Source of the DNA: Haemophilus parainfluenzae
Lineage (GTDB): Bacteria > Pseudomonadota > Gammaproteobacteria > Enterobacterales > Pasteurellaceae
Assembly: GCA_916050345.1 (NCBI GenBank)
Contig: CAJZKN010000005.1
Span: 20,529-84,528, forward strand
Direction: 5' to 3'
DNA: 64,000 nucleotides
The notes beneath the pieces were generated by a model, which did not search any database, had not been told where the DNA came from, and saw only the letters and a program-made list of their open reading frames with translations. The position numbers and the translations under genes are program-made. Numbering within the stretch: position 1 is the stretch's first letter; each line of letters opens with the position of its first letter. Positions 32,161 through 43,817 of the stretch are shown one piece after another.

Positions 32161-33270
32161 CTATTTTTCATTTCCTAAATTAAGCACTTTTTTAAGTGCA
32201 GTAAAAAATTTGTCATTTTCTCGTGGTAAGCCAATACTGATACGTAAGTGATTTGGCATGCCATAACCAGCAATAGGACGAACAATGACGCCTTCACGTA
32301 ATAATGTATCATAAATTGGTGCGGCCGGTTGTTTAAAATCAATGGTAATAAAGTTACCTTTAGATGGAATAAAGTCTAAACCATATTGTTGGCAGAAGGC
32401 CTCATAACGTTTCATTTCTTGGCGATTGTTCTCAGCCACTTTTTCGACAAAGGCATCATCGTTCATCACCGCAATCGCACTGGTCAAAGCAAGACTATTA
32501 CAGTTAAATGGCTGACGAACACGATTTAATAAATCTGCAATTTCAGGATTAGAGACCGCGTAGCCAATACGTAAACCCGCAAGTCCATAAGCTTTCGATA
32601 GTGAGCGTGAAACGATAAGATTCGGGTATTTTTCCAGTAATGCAAAAGAATTAACGCGTTCGCTTGGATGAGTAAATTCGGTATAAGCCTCATCTAATAC
32701 CACAATCACATTTTCAGGCACTTTGGCTAAGAAGGCATCCAATTCTGCTTCCGTTAAGAAATTCCCCGTTGGATTGTTTGGGTTGGCAATAAAAATCAGC
32801 TTGGTTTTATCTGAAAGTGCGGTCAAAAATCCGTTTAAATCATGACCCCAATTCTTAGCTGGAATTTCTTTTGCGACGGCATTAATGGCTTTGGTCACTA
32901 AAGGGTAAACAATAAAAGCATATTGTGAATAAATCACTTCATCATGCTCACCCGCAAAGGTATGAGCAAAGAGCTCTAATAAATCGTTAGAACCATTGCC
33001 AAGGGTGATTTGGTTTGGTTGCACACCAAATTTTTTTGCAATAGCCGCTTTAAGTTCAAAACCATTCGCATCAGGATAACGAGTTAAATGATCAAGTTGG
33101 GCTTGAATGGCTTTTTTCGCACTTTCAGGAAAACCGAAAGGGTTTTCATTTGAGGCAAGTTTAACGATATTAGTAATGCCTAATTCGCGTTCGAGTTCTT
33201 CGATTGGTTTCCCCGCTTGATAAGGCGAAAGAGACTTTACGCCTTGATTGGCGACGTTGATGTATTGCAT
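32161..33270 (-). CDS. hisC: Histidinol-phosphate aminotransferase family protein (HisC-like class II aminotransferase) downstream of serC
   Basis: 369 aa. Has the PLP-lysine region [17 protein letters not shown]. Substrate specificity cannot be assigned from sequence alone. Confidence 0.7.
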   Translation of the reverse strand: MQYINVANQGVKSLSPYQAGKPIEELERELGITNIVKLASNENPFGFPESAKKAIQAQLDHLTRYPDANGFELKAAIAKKFGVQPNQITLGNGSNDLLELFAHTFAGEHDEVIYSQYAFIVYPLVTKAINAVAKEIPAKNWGHDLNGFLTALSDKTKLIFIANPNNPTGNFLTEAELDAFLAKVPENVIVVLDEAYTEFTHPSERVNSFALLEKYPNLIVSRSLSKAYGLAGLRIGYAVSNPEIADLLNRVRQPFNCNSLALTSAIAVMNDDAFVEKVAENNRQEMKRYEAFCQQYGLDFIPSKGNFITIDFKQPAAPIYDTLLREGVIVRPIAGYGMPNHLRISIGLPRENDKFFTALKKVLNLGNEK

Positions 33271-33292
33271 ATGCTTTCCTTATAAAAACGAG

Positions 33293-33309
33293 CGGGCCTT
33301 TCAGCCCGC
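33293..33309 (-). terminator. Short GC hairpin (gcgggctgaaaggcccgc on the minus strand) followed by a T-rich tract between serC and the hisC-like gene
   Basis: Seen in the sequence. It may act as a partial terminator or attenuator inside a serC-hisC-tpx unit. Confidence 0.4.
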
Positions 33310-33334
33310 ACGTTGAGTTTAATGAATCAGATAA

Positions 33335-34417
33335 TTAGCTATTTTCAGCTTCAAATTTTTTCATGAATTCAATGAGCGCTTGTACACCCTCTAATGGCAT
33401 CGCATTATAGATAGAGGCACGCATGCCACCTAGCACTTTGTGGCCTTTTAAGGCTTGAAGACCGGCAGCTGTAGATTCTGCGACAAATTTAGCATCAAGT
33501 TCAGGATTGCCTGTCACAAATGTCACATTCATGGTTGAGCGGTTTTCTTTAGCTACGACGTTACGATAGAGTTTACTGCTATCAATGTAGTCATAAAGGG
33601 TTTGTGCTTTCACTGCGTTACGTTTTGCAATTTCTTTTAAGCCGCCGATTGCTTGAATGTGTTTAAAGACTAATGAACAGAGATACCAAGCAAATGTTGG
33701 TGGGGTATTGATCATGGAGTCAGCATCGCGTTGTGTGGCGTAATTCCAAATAGATGGGGTTGCTTGGCGAGCATGACCAATTAAATCATCACGAATAATC
33801 ACAAGCGTAATCCCTGCAGGACCAAGGTTTTTTTGCGCACCCGCATAAATGACACCGAATTTGCTAATGTCAATTTCGCGAGAGAGAACGTTAGATGACA
33901 TATCGGCTACAAGCACTGCATTGCCCACGTTCGGTACATCAAAAATTTCAACACCGCTAATCGTTTCATTTGGGCAATAGTGAACGTAATCGTATTGTTC
34001 CGCAATGTCACTGAAATCAAGATTAGTAATGCGTGTGTGATCACCATTTTCCACTATGGTAATTTCATCAATTTCAGCAAAGTTACGTGCTTCTTTCGCT
34101 GCAGTTGCAGACCAGTGGCCGCTATTTAAGTAAAGCGCTTTGCCTTTCTCACCAATTAAGTTCATCGGTAATGCCGCAAATTGACCGCGAGCCCCACCTT
34201 GTAGGAATAACACACGATAGTTATCTGGAATGTGATACACCTCACGTAGATCTTTTTCTGCTTGAGCAATCAATTCCATAAAATATTTGCCACGGTGACT
34301 GACTTCCATTACCGATACACCCTGACCAAGCCAGTTGGTTAGCTCAGCTTGTGCTTTGTGTAGTACCTCAGGGAAAATCATGGCTGGACCAGCACTAAAA
34401 TTAAAGACTTTTGACAT
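33335..34417 (-). CDS. serC: Phosphoserine aminotransferase
   Basis: 360 aa. Has the FNFSAGPA N-terminus and the canonical PLP-binding region. Confidence 0.9.
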   Translation of the reverse strand: MSKVFNFSAGPAMIFPEVLHKAQAELTNWLGQGVSVMEVSHRGKYFMELIAQAEKDLREVYHIPDNYRVLFLQGGARGQFAALPMNLIGEKGKALYLNSGHWSATAAKEARNFAEIDEITIVENGDHTRITNLDFSDIAEQYDYVHYCPNETISGVEIFDVPNVGNAVLVADMSSNVLSREIDISKFGVIYAGAQKNLGPAGITLVIIRDDLIGHARQATPSIWNYATQRDADSMINTPPTFAWYLCSLVFKHIQAIGGLKEIAKRNAVKAQTLYDYIDSSKLYRNVVAKENRSTMNVTFVTGNPELDAKFVAESTAAGLQALKGHKVLGGMRASIYNAMPLEGVQALIEFMKKFEAENS

Positions 34418-34595
34418 TGTGTTTCCTTATTTTATTTTGAATAGATTCTTCATTTTTACCACTACCGAATAGGATAATCAACTAAATCAAACAGTTTTTT
34501 GATCTAATCCATCAATTTAAATTTAAGCTTTTGACGGAGACGAAAAAAAAAGCTACATTACCTGAAGTTTGTTTTTAACTTTGAGAGAGTCGATC

Positions 34596-34946
34596 ATGGG
34601 AAATGTAAATAAATCCTTCCAAGAAGTGTTAGAGTATGTACGTTTATATCGTTTAAAAAATAAACTTAAACGCGACATTGAAGACAACAACCGCAAAATT
34701 CGTGATAACCAAAAACGTGTCTTATTATTAGATAACTTAAATCAATATATCCGTGACGATATGAGCATTGAAGATGTTCGTGCAATTATCGAAAATATGC
34801 GTGATGACTATGAAGGCCGTGTAGATGATTACAACATTCGTAATGCGGAACTTTCTACTCAACGCCGTGAAACGAGTAATAAGATGAAAGAACAGAAAAA
34901 AGCACACGCGAAATTAGTGCAAGACGCGAATAAAATCACCTTATAA
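34596..34946 (+). CDS. DUF496/YeeX-like small cytoplasmic protein
   Basis: The [24 protein letters not shown]...[15 protein letters not shown] pattern matches my recollection of E. coli YeeX. Start ATG at 34596 is preceded by gagagag. Confidence 0.55.
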   Translation: MGNVNKSFQEVLEYVRLYRLKNKLKRDIEDNNRKIRDNQKRVLLLDNLNQYIRDDMSIEDVRAIIENMRDDYEGRVDDYNIRNAELSTQRRETSNKMKEQKKAHAKLVQDANKITL

Positions 34947-34957
34947 AATCCTAAAAG

Positions 34958-34992
34958 AAATGACCGCACTTTGTTGAAGTGCGGTCATTTTT
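34958..34992. terminator. Inverted USS pair (atgaccgcactt...aagtgcggtcat) plus T-run; bidirectional
   Basis: Lies between convergent stops of the yeeX-like gene and the PEBP gene. Confidence 0.6.
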
Positions 34993-35022
34993 TATGGTGT
35001 TTTTAGGATGAACAATAAATGA

Positions 35023-35520
35023 TTAAACATCATAAGTGCCCATCACCACAGCTTGATCTAGAATATGCCCTTGCATCGCAAAATGTAGATCATTGAAACG
35101 GAATCCCGGTTTAAGGTTAAGTTTGGTATCGAGCGCATATACAATAAGCTCGTAACGATGCAAGCAGTTTGGTGGTGCCATACCACCATAGAATGAGGCT
35201 TCTTCGATATCAAATTGACCTAATTTACTCGCCCAAGTATTTGCACCTTGTACATAATCTGTTGCAGTTTGGCTTTCATTTTCTTGGATAACGGTACGTT
35301 CAAGATCCGCAATGAGCCAATGAATCCACACAAAGCCACTTGCCGTAATCGCATCTTTATCTTCTAAAACAACTGCAAAGGATTGAGTACCTTGAGGAGC
35401 ATCGTGAATTTCAAATGGAATAGAGTAGGTTGGCATACCATTTGGGCTAAATTGTGTGCCGCGTTTACCATATTTATCTTCAAAGGCACCATTTTGAATG
35501 GCTGAACTGGTTATAAACAT
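35023..35520 (-). CDS. YbhB/YbcL (UPF0098) PEBP / Raf-kinase-inhibitor-like protein
   Basis: 165 aa. PEBP hallmark HRYELIVYALD. Confidence 0.8.
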   Translation of the reverse strand: MFITSSAIQNGAFEDKYGKRGTQFSPNGMPTYSIPFEIHDAPQGTQSFAVVLEDKDAITASGFVWIHWLIADLERTVIQENESQTATDYVQGANTWASKLGQFDIEEASFYGGMAPPNCLHRYELIVYALDTKLNLKPGFRFNDLHFAMQGHILDQAVVMGTYDV

Positions 35521-35530
35521 TGTTTTCTCC

Positions 35531-36523
35531 TTAATTTCTCACGGAATACACTTTAAATTTGGTGGTTTGAGCAAGGATTTCAAATTTCCCGAAATGTTGT
35601 GCTAATAAATCGGGATAGGGAAGAAATGCATTAGCAACGATACGCAGTTCTCCACCTGCCGTTAAATGCCATTTAGCCTGTTGAATAAGTTCTTTCACTG
35701 CACGATAAGCGGTATCAACTCCATCGTGGAAAGGTGGGTTTGAAATAATCAGATCAAATTTTCCCTCAATGTGGGAAAACACATCACTTGCGATAACCTG
35801 ACCTTCAAGCTGATTTTCAGCAAGCGTTTGACGAGCAGATTGAATTGCCATTGCATGAATATCAGTCATTGTAACATTCGCTTTAGGATGATGTTTTTTG
35901 ATCATGGAACCAATGACACCTGCCCCACAACCAACGTCTAACACTTTGCCTTGAATTGGTGACGTTAAAGTAGAAAGTAGAAGTGACGTGCCGCTATCAA
36001 GTTCATTGGCACTGAATACACCCGGCAAGCTGCAAATACAGAGCTCGCCTAATGCATCATTTTGGTAGCATTTCCAATAAGATTGAAGATCAAAGTGCGG
36101 TTGTTTTTGTAAGGAAAAATGGTATAAACCGCAACGACGCGCAGAGTCGATTTTGCCAATTTCACCATAAGGTTCAAGCAGTTTTTCAGCTGAACGGACG
36201 CCGCAACGATTTTCACCGATAATCAACACTTCTTGACCAATTTTACTTTTGGCGAGTAGTTGCATCAGCTGAAAATTCACTTCTTGTTTATTCTTCGTCC
36301 AATAATAAATAATCAAATCCGCTTGCGGCTGAAATTTAACCTCGAAATTGACCGCACTTTGGGTTTTGGCATAATCAAAATACCAACTCCAAACCTGCAC
36401 AGATTGGCAATGTTTTTGCAATGTTTGAGGAAAATCATCATTAATGCCGCCGGTAAGAAGAATTGATTTACCGCTAAAAAGGGGAAGATGGCGTTGTAAA
36501 ACTTCGCTTTCGAGAGAAATCAC
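35531..36523 (-). CDS. rsmC: 16S rRNA (guanine1207-N2)-methyltransferase
   Basis: 330 aa. N2-MTase motif ISNPPFHDG and SAM-binding LDVGCGAGVIG. Confidence 0.85.
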   Translation of the reverse strand: MISLESEVLQRHLPLFSGKSILLTGGINDDFPQTLQKHCQSVQVWSWYFDYAKTQSAVNFEVKFQPQADLIIYYWTKNKQEVNFQLMQLLAKSKIGQEVLIIGENRCGVRSAEKLLEPYGEIGKIDSARRCGLYHFSLQKQPHFDLQSYWKCYQNDALGELCICSLPGVFSANELDSGTSLLLSTLTSPIQGKVLDVGCGAGVIGSMIKKHHPKANVTMTDIHAMAIQSARQTLAENQLEGQVIASDVFSHIEGKFDLIISNPPFHDGVDTAYRAVKELIQQAKWHLTAGGELRIVANAFLPYPDLLAQHFGKFEILAQTTKFKVYSVRN

Positions 36524-36610
36524 GCTTTAAATCCTGTGGTTTATTGGTTAAAATTACGTGTTATTCTAACAAAAGAAAACGATTTAAACGTATTTATTAA
36601 GGAATTATTT

Positions 36611-37204
36611 ATGAAAAAAATCATCACCGCAGTCGCAATGGCAAGTTTATTGTCTGGCTGTCAATTAATCGAACAACTTCAAGGTAGCAAACAAAAAACT
36701 TCAACCTTACCAACAACAAGCTCAAAAATTGAATTACCTGCTGCACAAGCGCAAAGCTTAGATGCGCAGTTTGAGCGCATTAAAAAAGGTAACCAAGAAG
36801 TCACATTCAACGGTGAGAAATTCTATAAACAAACGAAAGCCTTTGATAAATCAGAAGATCCGCGTTTCTTAAGTGGAGCGGCGAATGTAGATCGTAGCAA
36901 TCGTAAATTCATTATGAGCGAAACCTATTATCTAAAAGATGTTTCTCATGTTCCTGCATTAACGACAAAATATCTTGATGCAAACAAAAAAGTATGTGAG
37001 TTAAAAACAATTGGTAACGCTTCAGATGTTTACTATGCTTGTGATGGCAAAGATTTCCAACGTTTTATTGCCGTGGTTTATCAAGCGAAAAACATTCTTT
37101 CTTTCCGTAGCTTAAAAGCGTATCAAGAAAAACCAACCGAAGCGCAAGAACAAGCGATTGTTAAAGGTTTAAGAGATTATCCGTTAGATACTATCGCTCG
37201 TTAA
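36611..37204 (+). CDS. Predicted lipoprotein of unknown function
   Basis: Starts MKKIITAVAMASLLSGC, a lipobox with Cys at position 17, preceded by an aaggaa RBS. The 75 nt upstream in the ORF track are unlikely to be translated. Confidence 0.6.
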   Translation: MKKIITAVAMASLLSGCQLIEQLQGSKQKTSTLPTTSSKIELPAAQAQSLDAQFERIKKGNQEVTFNGEKFYKQTKAFDKSEDPRFLSGAANVDRSNRKFIMSETYYLKDVSHVPALTTKYLDANKKVCELKTIGNASDVYYACDGKDFQRFIAVVYQAKNILSFRSLKAYQEKPTEAQEQAIVKGLRDYPLDTIAR

Positions 37205-37207
37205 TCT

Positions 37208-37612
37208 ATGGATAGACGCAATCTTCTTTTAAATGAAATGGGGATAACCCGTTGGCAACTCTATCGTCCTGAAGTATTGCAAGGGGCGGTAGGTGTGAGT
37301 GTTTCTGAACAAGTGAAATTTATTGTGGTGGCTAATGATAATCTCTCGAGTTCACCGCTTTTTGCAGATATTCGACTTGCGCTAGAGCTCAAAAAAGAAG
37401 ATTGCCTTTGCTTGAATTTTGATCAAATTCAACATATCACTTTACAGCATTCTGTGCGGTATTGGTTATTGGCTAAAAATGCTGATGAAATCGACCGCAC
37501 TTTGCCTTATTGCTTAAATGCAGAGCGTGTTTATCGCTCTGTTAATTGGCAACAATTCCAGCAAGATAGCCAAGCTAAGCGTGAGCTTTGGCAACAAATC
37601 CAACAAATTTAA
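37208..37612 (+). CDS. holD: DNA polymerase III psi subunit
   Basis: 134 aa with N-terminus MDRRNLLLNEMGITRWQLYRPEVL. Classical holD-rimI pair. Confidence 0.85.
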   Translation: MDRRNLLLNEMGITRWQLYRPEVLQGAVGVSVSEQVKFIVVANDNLSSSPLFADIRLALELKKEDCLCLNFDQIQHITLQHSVRYWLLAKNADEIDRTLPYCLNAERVYRSVNWQQFQQDSQAKRELWQQIQQI

Positions 37613-37614
37613 TC

Positions 37615-38058
37615 ATGATGACTTCTCTTTTTCCTATTGAAGAATGCGATATGGATCGCTTATATGAAATTGAACAAGCAGCACACCTTGTGCCTTGGTC
37701 ATTGGGAACATTGAAAAATAATGTCGGCGAGCGTTATCTCAATTTGAAATTAGTGGAAAAGGAGCAAGTGCTGGGTTTTGCTATTTGCCAAACGGTATTG
37801 GATGAAGCCACATTATTTAATATTACGATTGACCCCGCTCAACAAGGAAAGGGCTACGGTTCGTTTTTATTGCAAGGTTTAATGGATAAACTAAAAGAGA
37901 AAGGTATTCAAACCCTTTGGCTTGAAGTGCGTGAATCGAATCCCGCTCGTTTCCTTTATGAAAAGTTGGGGTTTAATGAGGTTGATATTCGTAAGAATTA
38001 TTATCCCAAACCAGATGGTGGACGAGAAAATGCTGTCGTGATGGCTCGTTATCTCTAG
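37615..38058 (+). CDS. rimI: Ribosomal protein S18 alanine N-acetyltransferase (GNAT)
   Basis: GNAT motif QQGKGYGSFLL. ATG lies 3 bp after the holD stop. The longer ORF-track version would overlap holD. Confidence 0.85.
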   Translation: MMTSLFPIEECDMDRLYEIEQAAHLVPWSLGTLKNNVGERYLNLKLVEKEQVLGFAICQTVLDEATLFNITIDPAQQGKGYGSFLLQGLMDKLKEKGIQTLWLEVRESNPARFLYEKLGFNEVDIRKNYYPKPDGGRENAVVMARYL

Positions 38059-38063
38059 AATGA

Positions 38064-38092
38064 AAAAGTGCGGTCAATTTTGACCGCACTTT
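38064..38092. terminator. Inverted USS pair (aaaaagtgcggtca...tgaccgcacttt); bidirectional between rimI and fdhE
   Basis: Seen in the sequence. Confidence 0.6.
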
Positions 38093-38113
38093 GTTTATCT
38101 GAAAAATAAGACG

Positions 38114-39022
38114 TTACACTTCTTCTGCAGGGAAGAAAAATGGATTTAATCCACTACGAGCGAAGCCTTTTTCTTCCATTTCAATATCTAAGAAAATTGA
38201 TGCCAAATCATCCGCTACGGCTTCAACATTTGGATCTTTTTCCTGGAACATCATTTTTAAGTAGCTTTGGCAGTCACCACAGGTTTCAGCACGAATAAGA
38301 GCAAGTTCTTCGTTTAATGACCACATTTCAAGATTTTTGTGTTCATTACAGTTAGTGCATTGGGCACGAACCAAATTCCATTCGCTTTCACAGAGACTGC
38401 AGTGTAAATAACGTAAACCTTGCGATGTACCGATATGTACCACACTAGCAACAGGGGCAGAACCACAAACAGGGCAGTAATGCAAATTATCGATACCTTC
38501 TTGGCGGCTGTTATGAGGAATTTGTTGAGCCAGTTGTAACCAATAAAGAGAAAGCGCAGCCCAAATAAAGACGGCTTTATCGGTGCTTACTAAGTTATAT
38601 TCTTGGCTTAAAAGATGGGTAGCCATTTCCTCAAGCTCTTTCTCTGAAGCTTTTTCTAGATTTTCAATGGTAGCAACAACCTGTTCATTCGCTTTGGGTT
38701 TAATGCTATGTAAAATTTCTTTCAGGTATTCAATCCAGATGCCAGAACGTTTAAATGTTTTAGCATTTAACGGTTCGATCTCACTTAAGTTATCGAATGA
38801 CTGTTTTTCTAATGGATTTTTTTCAAATACGCTTAATTGGCTTTCCACAACATCTGCAGCAAAGAGTAAATAATCAGCCAATGGATGATCTTTCGCTAAT
38901 TCTCTTAAACGTTTTGCACGACGTTGATAAAGATTTTTAGGGTTCGCAAACAAAACAGGTGGAATATCGTATGAATTCTTTTTTTGTTTGATTTCGTCTG
39001 CAGATAAGATTTTGATACTCAT
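38114..39022 (-). CDS. fdhE: Formate dehydrogenase accessory protein FdhE
   Basis: 302 aa. Rubredoxin-like Cys clusters CPVCGS...CSLCESEW...CTNC...CGDC. Confidence 0.9.
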   Translation of the reverse strand: MSIKILSADEIKQKKNSYDIPPVLFANPKNLYQRRAKRLRELAKDHPLADYLLFAADVVESQLSVFEKNPLEKQSFDNLSEIEPLNAKTFKRSGIWIEYLKEILHSIKPKANEQVVATIENLEKASEKELEEMATHLLSQEYNLVSTDKAVFIWAALSLYWLQLAQQIPHNSRQEGIDNLHYCPVCGSAPVASVVHIGTSQGLRYLHCSLCESEWNLVRAQCTNCNEHKNLEMWSLNEELALIRAETCGDCQSYLKMMFQEKDPNVEAVADDLASIFLDIEMEEKGFARSGLNPFFFPAEEV

Positions 39023-39046
39023 AATAGTCTCTTAAGTATTGATAAT

Positions 39047-39077
39047 AAAAAGTGCGGTCATTTTAACCGCACTTTTT
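39047..39077. terminator. Inverted USS pair between fdxI and fdhE
   Basis: The sequence is aaaaagtgcggtcatttt aaccgcacttttt. It may attenuate readthrough into fdhE. Confidence 0.5.
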
Positions 39078-39081
39078 GATT

Positions 39082-39798
39082 TTAGCCATTGATACCTTTG
39101 AACAATGCTTTGGTTTTTACTTTTTTACCTTCAGCTTCATTTTCAAGGTCTTCTTCTAGCTTAGGAAGTACTTCATCACGATACCATTTCGGGTGGTGTT
39201 TTTTCGCCCAGCGAACGGTTACCCAACCCTCAACGATTCCGCGGATTGAACCTTTAATCCAGAATGCCATATACATGTGTACCAAAATACCGGTGAACAA
39301 CATGAATGCACTTAAAGAGTGAAGGAAAATCGCAAAACGTAATACCGGAATAGAGAAGTAGTGCGAGAAATACTGACGCCACATAATGATACCGGTTACA
39401 AGTAAAGTGACCATCGCCAAGTTCAATGTCCAGAATAACATTTTTTGACCAAGGTTATACTTGCCGTTATCTGCAACAGCGTGCTCATTCCCTTTTAATA
39501 CTTCAACAATACCTTTTAACCAACGAATATCGTTTTTCTCTGGAATGTTGTGATCCCAGTAAAGATAGCCGAGGAAAATAAAGGCAACGAACATAATGAT
39601 ACCGGTGAACGGGTGAATTGCTCGAGCCAGTTGCGGAGTACCTAAAATTTCAGTTAACCACGCAAAATCTGGGAAGAAGAATGCCACACCAGTGAACATC
39701 GTCATAAAGAAGCAGATTACGAGTAACCAGTGGCTAAAACGAGCAGGCGTTCTATGACGAATGATTCGAGTATCATTGCTAATCTCAATCTTACTCAT
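39082..39798 (-). CDS. fdxI: Formate dehydrogenase-N/O cytochrome b556 (gamma) subunit
   Basis: 4 TM helices with heme His residues (RFSHW, HPF, LHS, VHMY), similar to E. coli FdoI. Start taken at [11 protein letters not shown]. Confidence 0.85.
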   Translation of the reverse strand: MSKIEISNDTRIIRHRTPARFSHWLLVICFFMTMFTGVAFFFPDFAWLTEILGTPQLARAIHPFTGIIMFVAFIFLGYLYWDHNIPEKNDIRWLKGIVEVLKGNEHAVADNGKYNLGQKMLFWTLNLAMVTLLVTGIIMWRQYFSHYFSIPVLRFAIFLHSLSAFMLFTGILVHMYMAFWIKGSIRGIVEGWVTVRWAKKHHPKWYRDEVLPKLEEDLENEAEGKKVKTKALFKGING

Positions 39799-40726
39799 CT
39801 TTGCCCCCTTTTTTATCTTCTTCTTCAAATTCATGGTGATGATCTTCTACGTCTTCTTCAACGTTTGGACCCACAGCTAAGTAGTGAGCGATTTCAGCAA
39901 GAGCTAGACCACCCATTGCTACAGCCGCTACCGGTTTCAAGACATCTTTCCAAAGGGTGACGGTGAGGTCAACTTTTGGATCTTTTGGAAGACCAGAATA
40001 AAGCTCAGGTTTATCCGCATGGTGTAATACATACATTACGTGAGTACCACCTACGCCTTCAGGGTCATAGATACCTGCGTTTTCGTAACCACGTGATTTT
40101 AAGTCAGCAACACGTTGTTCTGCGTAGAGTTTCATCTCTTCTTTAGAACCAAAACGAATTGCACCAGTTGGACAGGTTTTCACGCAAGCCGGTTCTTGGC
40201 CCACAGAAACACGATCCACACAAAGAGTGCATTTGTACACACGGTTGTCTTCTGGGTTCATACGTGGAATGTTGAACGGACAACCTGCGATACAGTAACC
40301 ACAACCGATACATTTATCTGATTGGAAATCCACGATACCGTTCGCATATTGGATAATTGCGCCTGGTGCAGGACAAGCTTTTAAACAGCCTGGTTCTGAA
40401 CAGTGCATACAACCATCTTTACGGATTAACCATTCTAAACGATCATTTTCTTCAACTTCATTGAAGCGCATTACCGTCCACGCTTTTGCGTTGAGATCTA
40501 CTGGGTTATCGTAGATCCCCACACATTGAGCATTAACATCAGAACGGATGTCATTCCACTCTGAACAGCCCACCTGACAGGCTTTACAACCGATACAGGT
40601 GGATACGTCGATTAATTTTGCGACTTCAACTTTATGATCACGCGCTTGAGGTGCTGGTGTTAAACCAGACGTAGCGGAGACCTTGATAATGTCTTGCGAT
40701 TGAACGCCTTGACCACTTCCTGCCAT
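39791..40726 (-). CDS. fdxH: Formate dehydrogenase iron-sulfur (beta) subunit
   Basis: Four CxxCxxCxxxCP ferredoxin motifs plus a C-terminal TM anchor. Start at [14 protein letters not shown] by alignment to FdoH. Confidence 0.9.
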   Translation of the reverse strand: MAGSGQGVQSQDIIKVSATSGLTPAPQARDHKVEVAKLIDVSTCIGCKACQVGCSEWNDIRSDVNAQCVGIYDNPVDLNAKAWTVMRFNEVEENDRLEWLIRKDGCMHCSEPGCLKACPAPGAIIQYANGIVDFQSDKCIGCGYCIAGCPFNIPRMNPEDNRVYKCTLCVDRVSVGQEPACVKTCPTGAIRFGSKEEMKLYAEQRVADLKSRGYENAGIYDPEGVGGTHVMYVLHHADKPELYSGLPKDPKVDLTVTLWKDVLKPVAAVAMGGLALAEIAHYLAVGPNVEEDVEDHHHEFEEEDKKGGKDE

Positions 40727-40727
40727 A

Positions 40728-43700
40728 TTATGCCTCCGCTTTCTCAATGTTTACCAAGAATGTTTTATATTCTGGTGTTTGAGTGACTGCTTCACCCCAA
40801 GATGGTGTTAAGGTGTTGGTGGAGAAACCACGGTTACCTTTACCATTTAAGGCTTTCATATTCCAGTGAATTGGAATACCCACGTGATGTACGGTACGTC
40901 CGTCGACTTCTAAGTCTTTCAAACGTTTTGTTACCACTGCAACGGCTTTAATGTAGCCACGGCGAGAAGTAATTTTCACCATATCACCTTTTTGGATGCC
41001 TTTTTCAGCTGCTAATTTCTCACCAATTTCCACGAATTGTTGTGGTTGGGCGATGATATTTAACGCAGATTGAGCAGTCCAACTGTGGAAGTGCTCGGTC
41101 AAACGATAAGTCGTTGCCACATAAGGGAAGTCTTTGTTTGAACCGATAAATTCACGGTCTTCTTTATAAATACGAACAGTCGGATCAGAGACGACACTTG
41201 GGTGTAGTGGGTTAGTGTCAATCGGACTTTCAATTGGTTCATAGTGCTCAGGTAATGGACCCGTTGTAATTTTATCTACAGCGAATAAACGACCTACACC
41301 TTCTGCAGACATAATGAATGGACCTGCATCAGAACCCGGTGGTTGTGTACCATAGTCAGCTACATCTAACCAGTTCCAGTTTTTACCGTTCCATTTGATT
41401 AATTGACGGTGTTTATCCCAAGGGTTACCGTTAATATCAAGTGAAGCACGGCTGTAAAGGATACGGCGGTTTGCTGGCCATGCGAAGCCCCAACCTAATG
41501 TACAACCTAAACCTGATGGGTCAGAGTTGTCACGGTTTGCGGTTTGGTTACCTTTTTCAGTCCATTGACCCACATAGATCCAGTTACCTGATGAAGTTGT
41601 ACCATCATCACGTAAATGAGCGAATCCACTGAGCAATTGACCTTTTTTATACATGACGTTGCCATCTGCATCGAGAAGATCAGCAAGTGCGTAACCGTTT
41701 AATTCTTTCGCTAATTCTACAGAACTTGGTGAATGCGGTTGAGCATAGTTCCAAGTCATCGCTTCGAAAGATTCGATACCACGACCACCTTCTTTTTGAT
41801 AAAGGTGATGCATTTCTTCACGAATCATAGAAAGAATTTCAACATCTGGTAACGCTTCACCTGGTTGGTCACAGCCTTTCCAGTGCCATTGAGCCCAACG
41901 ACCAGAGTTAGCAATAGAACCATCTTCTTCTGCGAAACAGGTGGTTGGTAAACGGAATACTTCAGTTTGAATATCTGCTGGATTCACATTGTTTGATTCA
42001 CCAAAGTTTTTCCAGAATTCAGAAGATTCAGTTTGAAGCGGATCCATCACGATTAAGAATTTCAATTTGCTCATACCTGCAACAGTTTTGTTTTTGTTCG
42101 GTAATGAGTTTAATACGTTGAAACCTTGTAAAATCCAACCGTTCAATTTGCCATCATTCATTAACTTAACATGAGTGATAGGGTCGTATAAGCGGTCTGC
42201 TTTAGGTAAGAAATCGAAACCCCAACCATTTTCTTTGGTTGCTTTATCACCATAGAACGTTTTCATCATACTCACGAAGAATTTCGAGGTATTACGATAG
42301 TAGTTTGTTTGGTTTGGTACGATATCTTTTGGCGTAATCGAATTAATGTATTGTTCGTAAGACGTATCTTTGTCATTCGGTAAACGCATATAACCCGGTA
42401 AAGACATCGGCAATAAGCCCATATCTGTTGTACCTTGTACGTTTGAGTGTCCACGTAACGCATTAATACCGCCACCTGGCATACCAATATTACCTAAGAG
42501 TAATTGGATCATTGCCATTGAACGAATATTTTGAGTACCGATTGTGTGCTCAGTAAAGCCTAACGCATATAAGTGCGTCATAGTTTTATTCGGTGCAGAG
42601 GTTTTACCAATTTCTTCACAGATTTGTAAGAAGAGTTTTTGTTTTACACCTGTGATACGTTCAACCATTTCTGGGGTATAACGAGAAACGTGATCTTTCA
42701 AGATATTAATCACACAACGTGGATCTTGTAAGGTCATATCACGTTTAACAAAACCATTCTCATCGAATTGGTAATTCCATTTTGATTTATCGTAAGCATG
42801 TTTTTCTTCATCAAAACCTACGAATAAACCATCTTCGAATTTGAAGCCTTCATCAATTAAGTATGAAGCATTGGTATAGTGTTTAACGTATTCGTGTTGA
42901 ATTTGGTTAGTTTCCAATAAGTAACGGATCACACCCATTAAGAATGCGATATCAGAACCGGAACGAATTGGAGCATGAAGGTCAGCTACAGAAGCTGTAC
43001 GGTTAAAGCGAGGGTCAACCACGATGATTTTCGCACCGTTTTTCTTCGCTTCGATCGCCCAACGGAAGCCAACAGGGTGAGCTTCAGCAGGGTTACCACC
43101 TTGAACAAGAATAAGATTGGCATTTTTGATGTCAACCCAGTTATTTGTCATGGCACCGCGACCAAATGATGGAGCAAGACTTGCTACCGTTGGTCCGTGT
43201 CAAGTATTCGCTTGGTTACACATCGGTACCATGCCCAACATTCGAACCCATTTATGAGTAAGAAGTGCGGCCTCGTTGCTCATGGCGGAGGCGGTCATAA
43301 TACCTGTAGAGGTCCAACGGTTAACAGTTTTGCCACTTGCATCTTTTTCAACAAAGTTAGCATCACGGTCATCTTTTAATAAACGAGAAATGCGTTTGAT
43401 TGCTTCTTCCCAAGAAAGACGAACCCATTTGTCAGAACCCGGTGCACGATATTCAGGGTATAAAGCACGGCTTTCACTATTAATATAGTCTAATGCGCCA
43501 GCACCTTTAGGACATAACGCACCACGGCTTACCGGATGGTCTGGGTCACCTTCAAGGTGGAATAATTTAGAACGGGTATTGGTACCGGTGTGGCTACTTA
43601 AAGCATCGTAAGGTTTGCCTGTGCTATATAACAACATACCACAGCTCACTGCACAATATGTACAGGTGTTACGGGATTCAAAAGCCCGTAATAATTTGTA

Positions 43701-43817
43701 CTCACGTGGTGCCGCTAAAACAGATGATGGTGCAAAGCCCAACATTGCCGCAGACGTCCCCGCCATACCACCTGCACAGATCTTAAAGAACTTACGTCTA
43801 GAGACCTGCATAATCAC
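40728..43817 (-). CDS. fdxG: Formate dehydrogenase alpha subunit, selenocysteine-containing (in-frame TGA at 43200-43202 on the minus strand); Tat signal peptide
   Basis: The ORF track splits it into 205-aa and 807-aa pieces. Reading across the junction gives [24 protein letters not shown], matching the Sec region of E. coli FdnG/FdoG. N-terminus is SRRKFFK (twin-arginine). Confidence 0.85.
43150..43199 (-). promoter_or_regulatory. SECIS-like stem-loop immediately 3' of the fdxG UGA codon
   Basis: mRNA sense strand cacggaccaacgGUAGCAAGUCUUGCUcc forms a stem of at least 6 bp (AGCAAG/CUUGCU), starting about 12 nt after the UGA. Confidence 0.45.

Noticed and set aside
36536-36610. Longer N-terminal version of the lipoprotein ORF starting at 36536
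   Set aside because: A canonical signal peptide/lipobox begins at the ATG at 36611, which has a good RBS. The upstream extension would place 25 residues before the signal peptide and begins 13 bp from the divergent rsmC start.
37588-37614. Longer rimI ORF overlapping holD by 25 nt
   Set aside because: The GNAT domain begins after the ATG at 37615. The usual holD-rimI arrangement has rimI starting right after the holD stop.
43151-43200. Apparent split of the formate dehydrogenase alpha gene into two ORFs, which could be read as a pseudogene or frameshift
   Set aside because: The break is a single in-frame TGA at the conserved selenocysteine position with a SECIS-like hairpin after it. Both halves are in the same frame and complete.
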